The notes: generated by a model not told the origin, from the letters alone. Shown: positions 43,783 to 54,009, counted from the first letter of the stretch. The stretch is DNA of 64,000 bases from Pyrinomonadaceae bacterium (GCA_050246275.1 JBFWWI010000001.1:1116913-1180912), one strand, 5' to 3'. Translations and numbers: made by a program.

Positions 43783-44286
43783 ATGAAAAATCAAAAAGGT
43801 TTCTCACTCATCGAACTTTTGATCGTTGTCGTTATCATCGGTATCATCGCAGCGATCGCTATCCCGAACCTGCTGGCGGCTCGCCGCTCGGCTAACGAAG
43901 GTTCAGCCATTTCCTCCTTGCGTACACTGCACGGAGCACAGATGACATATGCAGCAACTTCCGGTAACGGTCAGTTTGCTGGTACGGCTGGTGCGGTTGG
44001 CATCACGGCTATGACCGATATGGCAGCAGTTAACCTGGTTGACGGCGTCCTTGCTACGGGTACCAAGAGCGGCTACGCATTCGTTGGCGATCGCACAGCA
44101 GCATCGACGACGGTTCCGGCCACGTTCTACTTCTCGGCCATCCCGACCGCAGGATCAGGCTTGACACAGACCGGTACGCGCCGCTTTGGTATCGCTACGG
44201 CCGGTGTGATCGTTGCCGAGGCTGGCACCCTGACCACGCATTATGATGCGACAACGATCGGAACGGGTACACCCCTTGCTAACTAG
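43783..44286 (+). CDS. pilA: Type IV pilin
   Basis: MKNQKGFSLIELLIVVVIIGIIAAIAIPNLL is a canonical class III leader (G|FSLIE) with a hydrophobic alpha1-N helix. RBS: AGGAG. Confidence 0.85.
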   Translation: MKNQKGFSLIELLIVVVIIGIIAAIAIPNLLAARRSANEGSAISSLRTLHGAQMTYAATSGNGQFAGTAGAVGITAMTDMAAVNLVDGVLATGTKSGYAFVGDRTAASTTVPATFYFSAIPTAGSGLTQTGTRRFGIATAGVIVAEAGTLTTHYDATTIGTGTPLAN

Positions 44287-44313
44287 TTGAATTCAAGTCA
44301 ACTTAAATTGACT

Positions 44314-44352
44314 GGGCGAGATACTTCGGTTTCTCGTCCTTTTCCTTTTTTT
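44314..44352 (+). terminator. Rho-independent terminator after pilA
   Basis: GGGCGAGA-loop-TCTCGTCC (one G-U pair) followed by TTTTCCTTTTTTT. Confidence 0.7.
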
Positions 44353-44419
44353 GCTCACTTTCTCGTGCCTCAACTGCTATTATCTCAACCAAACGCCGCC
44401 CGGTGGGCACGAATTCCAG

Positions 44420-46408
44420 ATGCATTCAGACGCGATCAGAATTAATGAGCTTACCGGTCAAACGACGATCCCCTTGTGGGCGGGGTCGCTTTTTGTGCTG
44501 GCTCTGATCTTCCCTCTCATCGAATTGCCAAGGCCTGCCCTACTTACGACCCCATCGTGGAAGGTCGAACTCCTCACGTCCGCGCTGCTGATCCCGATAT
44601 TGATCTATCGAAAGTTCTCACTTGGTCGCGGACTCACGCTCTTCTCGCAGGTGAATGCGCTCGCTTACACGCGACGGGGTATGTTGCTCTTCGCGGCATG
44701 GAGCGGGGTCTCGGTAATCTGGTCGGCGGCATCGGGTGCGGCGGTGCATCATTCCCTGGTCTGGTCGGTTTATTTAGTGTTCCTTATCCTGGTCACGGGC
44801 CTGGCGAGCACTGAGGACGGGATCGACAGTATCGCAAAGCTCGGGGCAATTTTGGCCGTTATGCTCGGCTTCATATGCCTTATCGACTACGCTACACTGG
44901 TCGACTTTTCGGTTTCCGAGGGGACATTGCGGATTCGATGGGCAAAGTATGCGGAACTGCTCATCACCATTTCTCCGCTGTTGTGGGTGTATGCGTTCTC
45001 CGGCCAAATCCGAGGTCGAGGCTTGTTCATTGCCGGGGCACTTCTTGGGTGGCTGACCGCGATGCTGTCTTTGAGCAAAGCCGCGTTCATCTCGGGCGTG
45101 ATCGCGTTCGTCATCTTGTTCATCGGACAGATGCTTGTCTGTCCGATCCGGCAGCGTAGAACGGCGATCTTGTCCGCAAGCCTGTGGCTGATCTTTACGG
45201 TTGCGGTACAGGTCGCGTTCACGGCCTTTTCTCCGGTTCCGTCAACTGCGCAATATATTTCGGGAAGTGCAGATAGCACGCGCTCTACATCGTCGATGCG
45301 GGTCTTCACATGGAAGGTCACCGGCGAGATGATCCGTAAACATCCCGTCCTGGGAGTCGGAGCCGATAATTTCGGCGCTCGGTTCAACGATGGTCGTGTG
45401 CTTTATGCCGAAAGCCACCCGGAGGACCCGGACATTGCCATCGGCGAAGACTATTTGTTCGAGCGTGCTCATAACGAGTATTTACAGATATTTGCCGAGC
45501 TCGGCATTATCGGTTTCGCCCTTTTCGTTGGCGCCTTTTCGGCATTTGGCTATTGGGTCATAAGAAGGCTTATGCAGGACATAGGGAATTTGCAGCCTCT
45601 CGCAGTGGCCGCACTTGCGGGGATGATAGGCTTCGCCGTAAGTTCGCTTTTCACTTCGTTTTCCTTCAGGGCCTTCCAGAACGGACTGGCCTTCTTTGCG
45701 ATGATGGCGGTCGTGATCGTTGGGCTTTCAAAGCGGGGCGATAAAGGCGGAGATGAAGATCCGCCCGATCTGAAGCCAAACCGCATCTGGAGACTGACCT
45801 GCTTTAGTGTCCTCGCCACGATGGCGGCCTTTTCGGGATGTGTAGCGGCCAGCCAGATCTTCGCAACAATGGGCGAACGCCAGGCGGATACCGGGCGGGC
45901 GCAGAATTATTTCGATCTCAGTCTCGCGTTCTTTCCTGAAAATGGCGGTGCCCAGTTGGCTTACTCGTCCCGCGCCGCGTCACAGGGCCGATACGGCGAA
46001 GCGGCAAGGCTCGTCGAAGCGTCCATCCAAAATGGGACCGGAGCGAGCGTGACATACGCAAGGCTGGCGGAACTCTACCTTGAGGCCGGCGACACGGCCG
46101 CGGCCGAGGGATCTTTGAAACGGGGTATCCGGGTTTTCCCGCGTTCGCTCTATCTCAGGGCACGGCTCGCCGTACTTCTCGAAAGAACAGGGCGCAGCGA
46201 AGATTCCCGGGCAGAATTAGAAGCGGCTCGCGCGCTCGACCTTCGGCAGGCGAATGGATGGTATGCGATCATCACGAAGGGCAGCTCGGAAGCCTACCAG
46301 ATCTCGCGAAACGATCCGACGGTTGCCGGGCCTGCGGAATTGCTGCCTTCGAACGCCGTCTATCCATATCTCGACGAGAAGATGGGCGCTGCCGATCCGC
46401 AGCAGTGA
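44420..46408 (+). CDS. O-antigen ligase family (Wzy_C) polytopic membrane protein with a C-terminal TPR region
   Basis: More than 10 TM helices; the Wzy_C-type loop GVGADNF...ERAHNEYLQIFAELGIIGFALF; TPR-like C-terminus. Start placed after the pilA terminator. Confidence 0.75.
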   Translation: MHSDAIRINELTGQTTIPLWAGSLFVLALIFPLIELPRPALLTTPSWKVELLTSALLIPILIYRKFSLGRGLTLFSQVNALAYTRRGMLLFAAWSGVSVIWSAASGAAVHHSLVWSVYLVFLILVTGLASTEDGIDSIAKLGAILAVMLGFICLIDYATLVDFSVSEGTLRIRWAKYAELLITISPLLWVYAFSGQIRGRGLFIAGALLGWLTAMLSLSKAAFISGVIAFVILFIGQMLVCPIRQRRTAILSASLWLIFTVAVQVAFTAFSPVPSTAQYISGSADSTRSTSSMRVFTWKVTGEMIRKHPVLGVGADNFGARFNDGRVLYAESHPEDPDIAIGEDYLFERAHNEYLQIFAELGIIGFALFVGAFSAFGYWVIRRLMQDIGNLQPLAVAALAGMIGFAVSSLFTSFSFRAFQNGLAFFAMMAVVIVGLSKRGDKGGDEDPPDLKPNRIWRLTCFSVLATMAAFSGCVAASQIFATMGERQADTGRAQNYFDLSLAFFPENGGAQLAYSSRAASQGRYGEAARLVEASIQNGTGASVTYARLAELYLEAGDTAAAEGSLKRGIRVFPRSLYLRARLAVLLERTGRSEDSRAELEAARALDLRQANGWYAIITKGSSEAYQISRNDPTVAGPAELLPSNAVYPYLDEKMGAADPQQ

Positions 46409-46491
46409 GTCCTTGATATCGATGTGATAATATCTCCTTGCGGGCGATCGTCCGCCGTTCAGAAGCATCAAAACTCTGATCTTCATTTCCG

Positions 46492-47283
46492 ATGGGCTCT
46501 GCGAATAATTTCGTCTCAAGGATCTTCTCGATAGGCAAAAACACCTTTCGAGAAGCTATCCGCGACCGCGTTCTATACAACCTGGTCATCTTTGTATTGC
46601 TGATCACGGCCTGCGCGGTGCTGCTCGGTGAACTGACGGACGGCCAGGAGGCCCGGACCATCGTGAATATCGGCCTGAATGCGGTGCTTCTGTTCGGGAC
46701 GTTCATAGCTATATTCGTCGGCGTTGGCCTCGTTTCAAAAGAGATAGAAAGAAAGACGGTCTACGCGATCTTTGCAAAACCCGTCCGCCGGACCGAGTTC
46801 ATTGTGGGCAAGTATCTCGGGCTGTGCGCGACGCTATTCGTCAATACGGCGGTCATGGCGGTCGGCATTTCGCTTGCCCTGTTGTACGTCAGAGGCAGCG
46901 GACTTATCGGACCCGTATGGGCATCTGCGACGCTGATCTATTTCGAGCTGATGATAGTCACAGGGGTCGCGATCCTCTTTTCTTCGTTCTCGTCGCCGTC
47001 GCTCTCGGCCCTTTTGACCTTTCTCGTTTTTGTCATCGGCCACCTGAGTTCATCGCTTCGCGACCTCGGCAAGACGATGGGTTCGGCAATGGCGGGATAC
47101 GTATTGGAGGCCGTGTATTATTTGCTTCCGAACCTTTCGCTCTTTAGCTTCAGGACCGAGGCCGCGATCGGGATGACCGCCACACCCGTAATGATCGGAG
47201 GTGCTTTTGCGTACGCTATCGCCTACATCGTCGTGATCCTAACGATCGCATCGGCTGTTTTCGCACGTCGAAACTTCAAATAG
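46492..47283 (+). CDS. ABC-2-type transporter permease
   Basis: N-terminus KNTFREAIRDRVLYNLVIF plus six TM segments, typical of ABC-2/NosY-like permeases. Confidence 0.65.
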   Translation: MGSANNFVSRIFSIGKNTFREAIRDRVLYNLVIFVLLITACAVLLGELTDGQEARTIVNIGLNAVLLFGTFIAIFVGVGLVSKEIERKTVYAIFAKPVRRTEFIVGKYLGLCATLFVNTAVMAVGISLALLYVRGSGLIGPVWASATLIYFELMIVTGVAILFSSFSSPSLSALLTFLVFVIGHLSSSLRDLGKTMGSAMAGYVLEAVYYLLPNLSLFSFRTEAAIGMTATPVMIGGAFAYAIAYIVVILTIASAVFARRNFK

Positions 47284-47285
47284 AA

Positions 47286-48221
47286 ATGACCTCTCAGAGT
47301 AAAGACCTGGTGTTGAGGATGGCGATCGTGATCGTCGCCTTCGGCGGTGTTTTTGCTCTCAGCGGAGCCGTCGAGAAGGGACGCGTCAGCCTGCCCGAGG
47401 GATTTGAGGACTCGGATCTCGCACTTGAAGGAAAACGGCTAAGGGGTTATGCACTTGGTGCCGAGGGACTGCTCGCCGACTGGTATTGGATAATGTCGCT
47501 GCAATATATCGGCGCAAAGATCGTCGCGAGGGAAAACGAAGATATCAACATCGAGGACCTCACATCGCTTCAGCCCCGGCTCTTATTTCCCTATCTGGAC
47601 AACGCCACCGACCTCGACCCAAGATTTTACGCCGCGTATTCGTACGGTGCGATAGTCCTGCCGGCGATCGATGCGTCGAAGGCGATCGAGCTGACGGAGA
47701 AAGGGATCCGGAACAATCCCGATAAATGGCGGCTGCACCAGTATCTCGGTTATATCTACTGGCGGGAGAAGAATTTTGAGAAGGCTGCCGAGACGTACGA
47801 GGCCGGTTCGAGGGTGCCCGGGGCTCCGCCCTTCATGCGGGAGATGGCGGCCCTTATGCGGGGCCAGGGCGGCAGCCGCGAGACCGCCCGTGCAATGTAT
47901 GTACAGATGCTCGCCGAGGCCGAGGACGAACAGAGCAAGCGGAATGCCCAACTCCGGCTCTTCGAACTCGATTCAATGGACGAACTGGATGCGGTCAACG
48001 GCCTTTTGGGGCAGTTCCGCGATTCGAACGGCCGCTGCCCGGCCCGCCTCAGCGACGTGTTCCGATCGCTGTCAAAGATAAAACTCCCGCGTGGACGCGA
48101 CTTTCGGGTCGATGCGGACGGATCGCTCCTCGATCCCACCGGCGTCCCATATTCGTTTGACCAAAATTCGTGCTCCGTGTCCCTAAGCAAAGATTCAAAG
48201 ATCCCGAAGCCCCTAAATTAA
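47286..48221 (+). CDS. Membrane-anchored TPR-like hypothetical protein
   Basis: One N-terminal TM segment, then helical-repeat-like sequence (YLGYIYWREKNFEKAAETYEAG). Lies between the ABC permease and ATPase genes. Confidence 0.55.
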   Translation: MTSQSKDLVLRMAIVIVAFGGVFALSGAVEKGRVSLPEGFEDSDLALEGKRLRGYALGAEGLLADWYWIMSLQYIGAKIVARENEDINIEDLTSLQPRLLFPYLDNATDLDPRFYAAYSYGAIVLPAIDASKAIELTEKGIRNNPDKWRLHQYLGYIYWREKNFEKAAETYEAGSRVPGAPPFMREMAALMRGQGGSRETARAMYVQMLAEAEDEQSKRNAQLRLFELDSMDELDAVNGLLGQFRDSNGRCPARLSDVFRSLSKIKLPRGRDFRVDADGSLLDPTGVPYSFDQNSCSVSLSKDSKIPKPLN

Positions 48222-48226
48222 AGAGT

Positions 48227-49174
48227 ATGAACTTCGTCGTTGAGATCGAAAACCTTGTAAAGGACTATGAGACCGGCTTCCTCAAAAAGAAAAAGGTCCG
48301 TGCGGTCGACGGTATTTCGCTCGCGGTCAGCGGAGGACAGATCTTCGGGTTTCTCGGAGGGAACGGGGCCGGAAAGACCACAACGATCAAGATATTGATG
48401 AGCCTGCTGTATCCTACGTCCGGAAACGCAAGGATATTGGGGCGAAGCATCGACGATCTTCGAATGCATGAAAGGATAGGCTATTGCCCGGAGAATCCGT
48501 ATTTTTACGATTACCTTACTCCTCGCGAGCTGCTCGGTTATTTTGGAGAGCTATTTGGGCTCGATGCGGCCAGGACGCGGAAAAGATCCGAAGAGCTTTT
48601 GACTCGGGTCGGGCTCGATGAGAAAGACTGGAACAAGCAGCTCCGCAAATTCTCGAAAGGGATGCTGCAGCGTGTGGGCCTGGCACAATCGCTTATAAAC
48701 GAACCGGAGATCGTGTTCCTCGACGAGCCGATGAGCGGCCTCGACCCGATCGGCCGACGGGAGGTACGCGAACTGATCGCGGATCTTCGCGAGAAGGGGA
48801 CGACCGTTTTTATGTCCACCCACATCCTTTCGGATGTCGAGGCGCTGTGCGATGAGGTGGCGATATTGCGAAAGGGCAAGATCGGCGCGATGGGGAAACT
48901 CGACGACCTCCTTGCCGCCGAAGCCGAACGTCAAAGCTATGAGGTAACGCTAAAAGGCTTAGAGAACGTAACCCTCGGCGAATCGTTCCCCGAGATGCCT
49001 TCGTCGGCGATCACGCTGAGGGGCAATGGGGTTTCGATCGTGTGCAGGGACGAGAACGAGATCGACGCGGTACTTTCGGCATCACGGCGACTAGGCGGAA
49101 AACTCGTGTCGATCCAGCCCGTCAAACAATCGCTCGAAGAGCTTTTTGTCGAGCCGGCGGCCGATGGGTCATGA
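48227..49174 (+). CDS. ABC transporter ATP-binding protein
   Basis: Walker A GGNGAGKTT, signature FSKGMLQRVGLAQ and Walker B IVFLDEPMSGLD. Confidence 0.9.
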   Translation: MNFVVEIENLVKDYETGFLKKKKVRAVDGISLAVSGGQIFGFLGGNGAGKTTTIKILMSLLYPTSGNARILGRSIDDLRMHERIGYCPENPYFYDYLTPRELLGYFGELFGLDAARTRKRSEELLTRVGLDEKDWNKQLRKFSKGMLQRVGLAQSLINEPEIVFLDEPMSGLDPIGRREVRELIADLREKGTTVFMSTHILSDVEALCDEVAILRKGKIGAMGKLDDLLAAEAERQSYEVTLKGLENVTLGESFPEMPSSAITLRGNGVSIVCRDENEIDAVLSASRRLGGKLVSIQPVKQSLEELFVEPAADGS

Positions 49175-49681
49175 CGAGGGAACCCTGATCGCCGTGACTT
49201 TCCAGCGAATGTTCGCCCGGTCGTCCTTTTTCTCAAATCCGTCGATGCTGAGCGTGATCGGGATCACCTCGCCCGGGCTAAGCACCTCTCTCTGTGTCGG
49301 CACGACGAGCACTCGCTTCTCTTTGAGCGTCTGCCCGAACCGATCGACGACCGCGACATTGACCTCAAGCCCGTTGATCGTGCGGCTCCCCTTGTTGCGG
49401 ATATTGCCCGAAATGAACATCGATATTCGGCCGAAAGCGTTGGGCGATTCCACGGTGTTGTCGCCGGTGGAAATGATGATGTCCTTGGTTAACTCCTGAA
49501 ACTGCGGCGAATCTTCGTGGAGAGCGTCCGCCAGGACGGATGCCTTTTGGTCTTCCATCGACGGGCGCTGCATCGCCAGGAAGATAAGGGCGGCGATCGC
49601 AGCGAGGCCGACCAACCCTCCGAACAGGAACGCCTTGTTTATCCCTTTGCTCTTTTTCTCGTTCTCGAACAACGTATCCAT
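49169..49681 (-). CDS. Membrane-anchored hypothetical protein
   Basis: The N-terminal TM segment AFLFGGLVGLAAIAALIFLAM is followed by a beta-rich domain. No motif recognised. Confidence 0.5.
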   Translation of the reverse strand: MDTLFENEKKSKGINKAFLFGGLVGLAAIAALIFLAMQRPSMEDQKASVLADALHEDSPQFQELTKDIIISTGDNTVESPNAFGRISMFISGNIRNKGSRTINGLEVNVAVVDRFGQTLKEKRVLVVPTQREVLSPGEVIPITLSIDGFEKKDDRANIRWKVTAIRVPSS

Positions 49682-49754
49682 AAGTTCCGGTCGTTAGACG
49701 CGGCTTTTCACCCGAAAGTTCCCATAGGTTATCATCAGGCCATAGAGAACAACA

Positions 49755-52229
49755 ATGCCCCTCCGAAAAGCTCCTGATTCAGATCGAACGAAGTTCGTCG
49801 ACGTAGCTCTGCCGATACCGGTCAGGTCCCTATTTAGGTATCGAATGAGCGAGGATATCTCGCGTGCGGCCCTGCCGGGAGCCCGCGTGCTCGTTCCATT
49901 CGGCAAGCGGACGCTGACAGGCTACGCCATCAGTTTCGCCGACGAACTGCGGCCGAACCTCAAGAGCGACGAAACATCTGTACGGGCCGTGATAGAGCTG
50001 ATCGACGACATTCCGCTCCTGACCCCGGAGATCCTTTGGCTTACCGAATGGGCGGCAGATTACTACGCCGCCTCGTGGGGCGAGATGCTAAAGGCCTCGC
50101 TCCCGGCCGGCATAAACGCGAACGTCGATATTTTGATATCAGCCACTGAAAACGGCCGTTTAAGGCTCGCCGCTGACGCGCCGGGCAGAGCGGTCAAATG
50201 GAAAGTGCTCGGCGAGGTCGTAAAGAACGGAGAGACCACGCTCTCGGTGCTGGAGTCAGGTTTTGGCGAAGCAGCCGCAAAACGGGCATATCGCGAGCTG
50301 CTGGCGGAGGAACTCGTAACCTCGCACACGCGGTCAGCCCCGGCCGCCGTGAGGCCGAAAAGACAAAAGATGGTTCGATCGCTGGACGCAGACCGGTCGG
50401 GCCCGTTCACGGAGCCGCAAACCCGAATTCTGGCGGCCCTCGATGATAACGGCGGCGAATTGCTCTTCACCGAACTTCTCCGCGAGGCCGATGTGGGTGC
50501 CTCGCCGATCAACACTCTGGCCAAGCGCGGACTGATCGAGATCGCGGTGGAGGAGGTCCTCCGCGATCCGTTAAAGGGCCAGGTGCTCGCAGGCAAGGAT
50601 GATCTCAAACTCAATGCGGAACAGGCCTTTGTGCTTTCTGAGATAACCAATTCCGTCCGGCATGAGGAGTACCGGGCATTTCTGCTGCACGGTGTGACCG
50701 GAAGCGGCAAGACGGAGGTCTATATCAGGGCGATGCAGCAAGCGCTTGCGCTCGGAAGAGGCTCTCTGATGCTCGTTCCAGAGATATCACTGACACCGAT
50801 ATTTTCCCGCCGGCTAAAGAATGTTTTCGGCGAACAGTTGGCCATCCTGCACTCGAGCCTCTCGCCCGGCGAACGATTTGATGAGTGGCGTAGGATACGC
50901 GCGGGAAACGCGATGATCGTCATCGGGACGCGGTCGGCGATCTTTGCACCGCTCAAGGACATCGGGCTGATCATCGTGGATGAGGAACACGATGCGTCGT
51001 ACCGGCAGAACGAATCGCCTTTCTATAACGCACGCGACCTTGCCGTGATCAGGTCTAATCACGCCGATGCGGTCGTGGTGCTCGGGTCGGCTACGCCGTC
51101 ACTTGAATCATTTCACAATGCAAAGTCGGGCAAATATCAATACCTGCAGCTCCAAAAACGCATCGGTGACCGCCCGATGGCGGTGGCTGAATTGATCGAT
51201 ATGCGTGAGGTGTTTCAACGGGCAGGAAAAGACGTCGTTGTTTCGGATCGGCTGCTCGAAGCGATCCGCGAGACCCACGAAAAGGGCGAGCAGACCATCA
51301 TCCTGCTGAACCGCCGTGGATTTTCGTCATTCGTACTCTGCCGCAGCTGTGGCGAATCGCTCCGCTGTGCAAACTGCGACATCACCTTGACCTACCACAG
51401 GCAGCAGAACAAGCTCATCTGTCATTACTGCAATTATTCGGTCGCGACGCCAAAGCAATGTCCGTTTTGCGAGAGTGAGTTCCTGTATTTTGTCGGCCAG
51501 GGGACCGAACAGCTCGAAGGCATTCTGGAAAAGCGATTTCCCGAGCTCCGGATCGCTCGCGTCGACCGAGACGCGATGAAAAGGAAGGGCGAGATCGACC
51601 GGACGCTGCTGGCTTTTGACCGGGGCGAGATCGATATGCTAGTCGGAACACAGATGCTGGCAAAGGGGCACGATTTTCACAATGTGACGCTGGTCGGGGT
51701 AATCTCGGTCGATATTGGACTAGGCCTGCCGGATTTTCGCTCGGCGGAGCGAACTTTCCAGCTGTTGACACAAGTGGCCGGGCGGGCCGGCCGCGGCGAC
51801 CTTCCGGGGCGGGTGCTTATACAAACCTACTACCCCGACCACTACGCGCTGCGATATGCCATAGAGCAGAACTATGAAAAATTCTACGATCATGAGATCC
51901 GGTTCAGGCAGCGAATGTCGTATCCGCCCTTTGTGGCCCTTGCTTCGATCTTGGTCACACATCGCGACCTGGCGGCGGCCCAGCGCAACGCGGCGATATT
52001 AAAGGATTCGCTCGCTCTGGCCGACGCGGGAAAAAGCTGCAGGATCTTGGGTCCGGCGTTTGCGTCCGTCACGCGGCTGAAGAACGAATACCGCCTGCAG
52101 ATCATCATAAGGTCCGCGAGCCGGCGTTCGCTGAGAGACGTCATCGAAGAAGGCCTCAAGCGGGCCGAAGTATCGGGCGGCGAACTCCGCCATTACAGGA
52201 TAGAGATCGACCCGATAAATCTGATGTGA
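49755..52229 (+). CDS. priA: Primosomal protein N' (replication restart helicase)
   Basis: Walker A HGVTGSGKTEVY, DEEH box IIVDEEHD, and the Cys-rich zinc region CRSCGESLRCANCDITLTYHRQQNKLICHYCNY...CPFC. Confidence 0.9.
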   Translation: MPLRKAPDSDRTKFVDVALPIPVRSLFRYRMSEDISRAALPGARVLVPFGKRTLTGYAISFADELRPNLKSDETSVRAVIELIDDIPLLTPEILWLTEWAADYYAASWGEMLKASLPAGINANVDILISATENGRLRLAADAPGRAVKWKVLGEVVKNGETTLSVLESGFGEAAAKRAYRELLAEELVTSHTRSAPAAVRPKRQKMVRSLDADRSGPFTEPQTRILAALDDNGGELLFTELLREADVGASPINTLAKRGLIEIAVEEVLRDPLKGQVLAGKDDLKLNAEQAFVLSEITNSVRHEEYRAFLLHGVTGSGKTEVYIRAMQQALALGRGSLMLVPEISLTPIFSRRLKNVFGEQLAILHSSLSPGERFDEWRRIRAGNAMIVIGTRSAIFAPLKDIGLIIVDEEHDASYRQNESPFYNARDLAVIRSNHADAVVVLGSATPSLESFHNAKSGKYQYLQLQKRIGDRPMAVAELIDMREVFQRAGKDVVVSDRLLEAIRETHEKGEQTIILLNRRGFSSFVLCRSCGESLRCANCDITLTYHRQQNKLICHYCNYSVATPKQCPFCESEFLYFVGQGTEQLEGILEKRFPELRIARVDRDAMKRKGEIDRTLLAFDRGEIDMLVGTQMLAKGHDFHNVTLVGVISVDIGLGLPDFRSAERTFQLLTQVAGRAGRGDLPGRVLIQTYYPDHYALRYAIEQNYEKFYDHEIRFRQRMSYPPFVALASILVTHRDLAAAQRNAAILKDSLALADAGKSCRILGPAFASVTRLKNEYRLQIIIRSASRRSLRDVIEEGLKRAEVSGGELRHYRIEIDPINLM

Positions 52230-52841
52230 TCAATTGACCGCAGATGAGGTAAGCTGCGATTGCCCGAGCTTGACCTGTGCGTAGATCTCGGCGAGCGAGA
52301 CCTTGCAGTTGATCGAGTCCATCGAGACCACGTCATCGCGCTCGTTGTAGATCTTGTATATCCACTGCTTTGCGTTCTGTTTTGCGTAGTGCTCGATCCT
52401 CATTTCGTCCTCTTTGACCAGGATGCATTCTTTAACGCTGTCCAGGGCGAGAAAGCTCTCGAGCTTTTGCGTCTTATCGGTCGAATTCGTCGCGCTCGAT
52501 ATGACCTCGACCACCACTGTCGGGTTCAGCAGGAGGTCGCTTGCCGGATCGGCGAAGTTTGGTTCGCCATTCACAAAAACAACATCCGGGTAGCATATGA
52601 AATTGTTCTTTAGCCGAACCCGCATATTACCGATGTAAATGTCGGTCTTGGTGCCGTGGATGCGGCTGCCGATCGCGATCGCCACATTGGAAACGATAAG
52701 ATTGTGCCAACGGTTCGAGCCCGACCGGCCTATGACGCGGCCATTCAGATACTCGCTTTTTACTGCGCTTTGACGTTCAGACATAAGGTAGTCTTCCTGA
52801 GATTTGAACTTCGGGGTTGGGGCGTGGGGTCTTTCGGACAT
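52230..52841 (-). CDS. Uma2-family (DUF820) PD-(D/E)xK-like endonuclease
   Basis: EYLNGRV...HNLIVSNV...YPDVVFV...PTVVVEVISSAT...K fits the Uma2 pattern (D...E-V-x-S). Confidence 0.7.
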   Translation of the reverse strand: MSERPHAPTPKFKSQEDYLMSERQSAVKSEYLNGRVIGRSGSNRWHNLIVSNVAIAIGSRIHGTKTDIYIGNMRVRLKNNFICYPDVVFVNGEPNFADPASDLLLNPTVVVEVISSATNSTDKTQKLESFLALDSVKECILVKEDEMRIEHYAKQNAKQWIYKIYNERDDVVSMDSINCKVSLAEIYAQVKLGQSQLTSSAVN

Positions 52842-52977
52842 AGGTGATCCTGCTCCTGCTTTGAATTTCTAGCGATCCAGCCGTGGGCAACAAAGTTTTT
52901 GGGGGACTTTGATAGGGGAAAAATGTCTGGTAAAACTAGTTTTGCACACCGTCCTCTCGATTATCAAGGTACCCGGA

Positions 52978-54009
52978 ATGAAACTTAGCGAATTGGCGGA
53001 AATCACAGGCTCGACGGTCGAGATCGGCTCGCCGGACACAGAGATCAGCGGGGCCGCCGGCCTCGATCTGGCGGGCGAGGGCGACGTATCGTTTCTTGCC
53101 AACCCAAAATATACACCGCAATTGAAGTCCACACGGGCCGCTGCCGTTTTCCTTAATCCGGGTATCGAGACCGACCGGGGCGACCTCGCGGTGTTGCGCG
53201 CCAAGGACGCTTATGTCGCTTACACACGCGCTCTCATGGCCTTTCACCCTGTGGAGCCGATCACGCCCTCGGTACACAGCACCGCGGTGATCGACCCAAC
53301 GGCAACCATTTCGAATAGCGTCGAGATCGGAGCAAATGTTGTCATAGGAAAAGGTTGCTCGATCGCTGATGAAGTAAAGATCTTTCCCAATGCGACGGTC
53401 TACGACGGCGTCAGCATAGGCCCGCAGACGGTGATCCACTCCGGCGTTTCGATCCGTGAGAATTGCGAGATCGGCAGACGATGCATCATTCACAATAACG
53501 CCACGATCGGCTGCGACGGCTTCGGTTACGCAAAGGACGAAGACCGTCGATGGCTGAAGATACCGCAGGTCGGACGCGTCGTCCTCGAAGATGATGTCGA
53601 GGTCGGTGCAAATACCGCTATCGATCGTGCTTCGGTCGGTGAGACCAGGATAAAACGCGGGGCAAAGATCGACAACCTGGTTCAGATCGGCCATTCCTGC
53701 ACCGTCGATGAAGATGCGCTGATCTGTTCGCAGACGGGCCTTGCCGGAAGTTCAGTGATCGGCAAACGGGTCATCCTTGCGGGCCAGGTCGGCATTGCGG
53801 GCCACCTAAAGGTCGGTGATGACGCGGTGCTAACGGCAAAATCCGCGACCTCGCACGATGTCGAACCAGGCAAGGTCATCTCCGGTATTCCGGGGTTTGA
53901 TAATAAGGAATGGCTCCGCTCCACCGCCGCTTTTCGCCGCCTCGCCGAATTCGCCCGGCGGCTCAAAAAGCTTGAGGCTTTGCTCGACAAGTCAGAACCG
54001 CCTGAGTAA
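52978..54009 (+). CDS. lpxD: UDP-3-O-acylglucosamine N-acyltransferase
   Basis: N-terminus MKLSELAEITGSTV...ISGAAGLDLAGEGDVSFLANPKY, followed by hexapeptide (LbH) repeats and a C-terminal helix. Confidence 0.9.
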   Translation: MKLSELAEITGSTVEIGSPDTEISGAAGLDLAGEGDVSFLANPKYTPQLKSTRAAAVFLNPGIETDRGDLAVLRAKDAYVAYTRALMAFHPVEPITPSVHSTAVIDPTATISNSVEIGANVVIGKGCSIADEVKIFPNATVYDGVSIGPQTVIHSGVSIRENCEIGRRCIIHNNATIGCDGFGYAKDEDRRWLKIPQVGRVVLEDDVEVGANTAIDRASVGETRIKRGAKIDNLVQIGHSCTVDEDALICSQTGLAGSSVIGKRVILAGQVGIAGHLKVGDDAVLTAKSATSHDVEPGKVISGIPGFDNKEWLRSTAAFRRLAEFARRLKKLEALLDKSEPPE

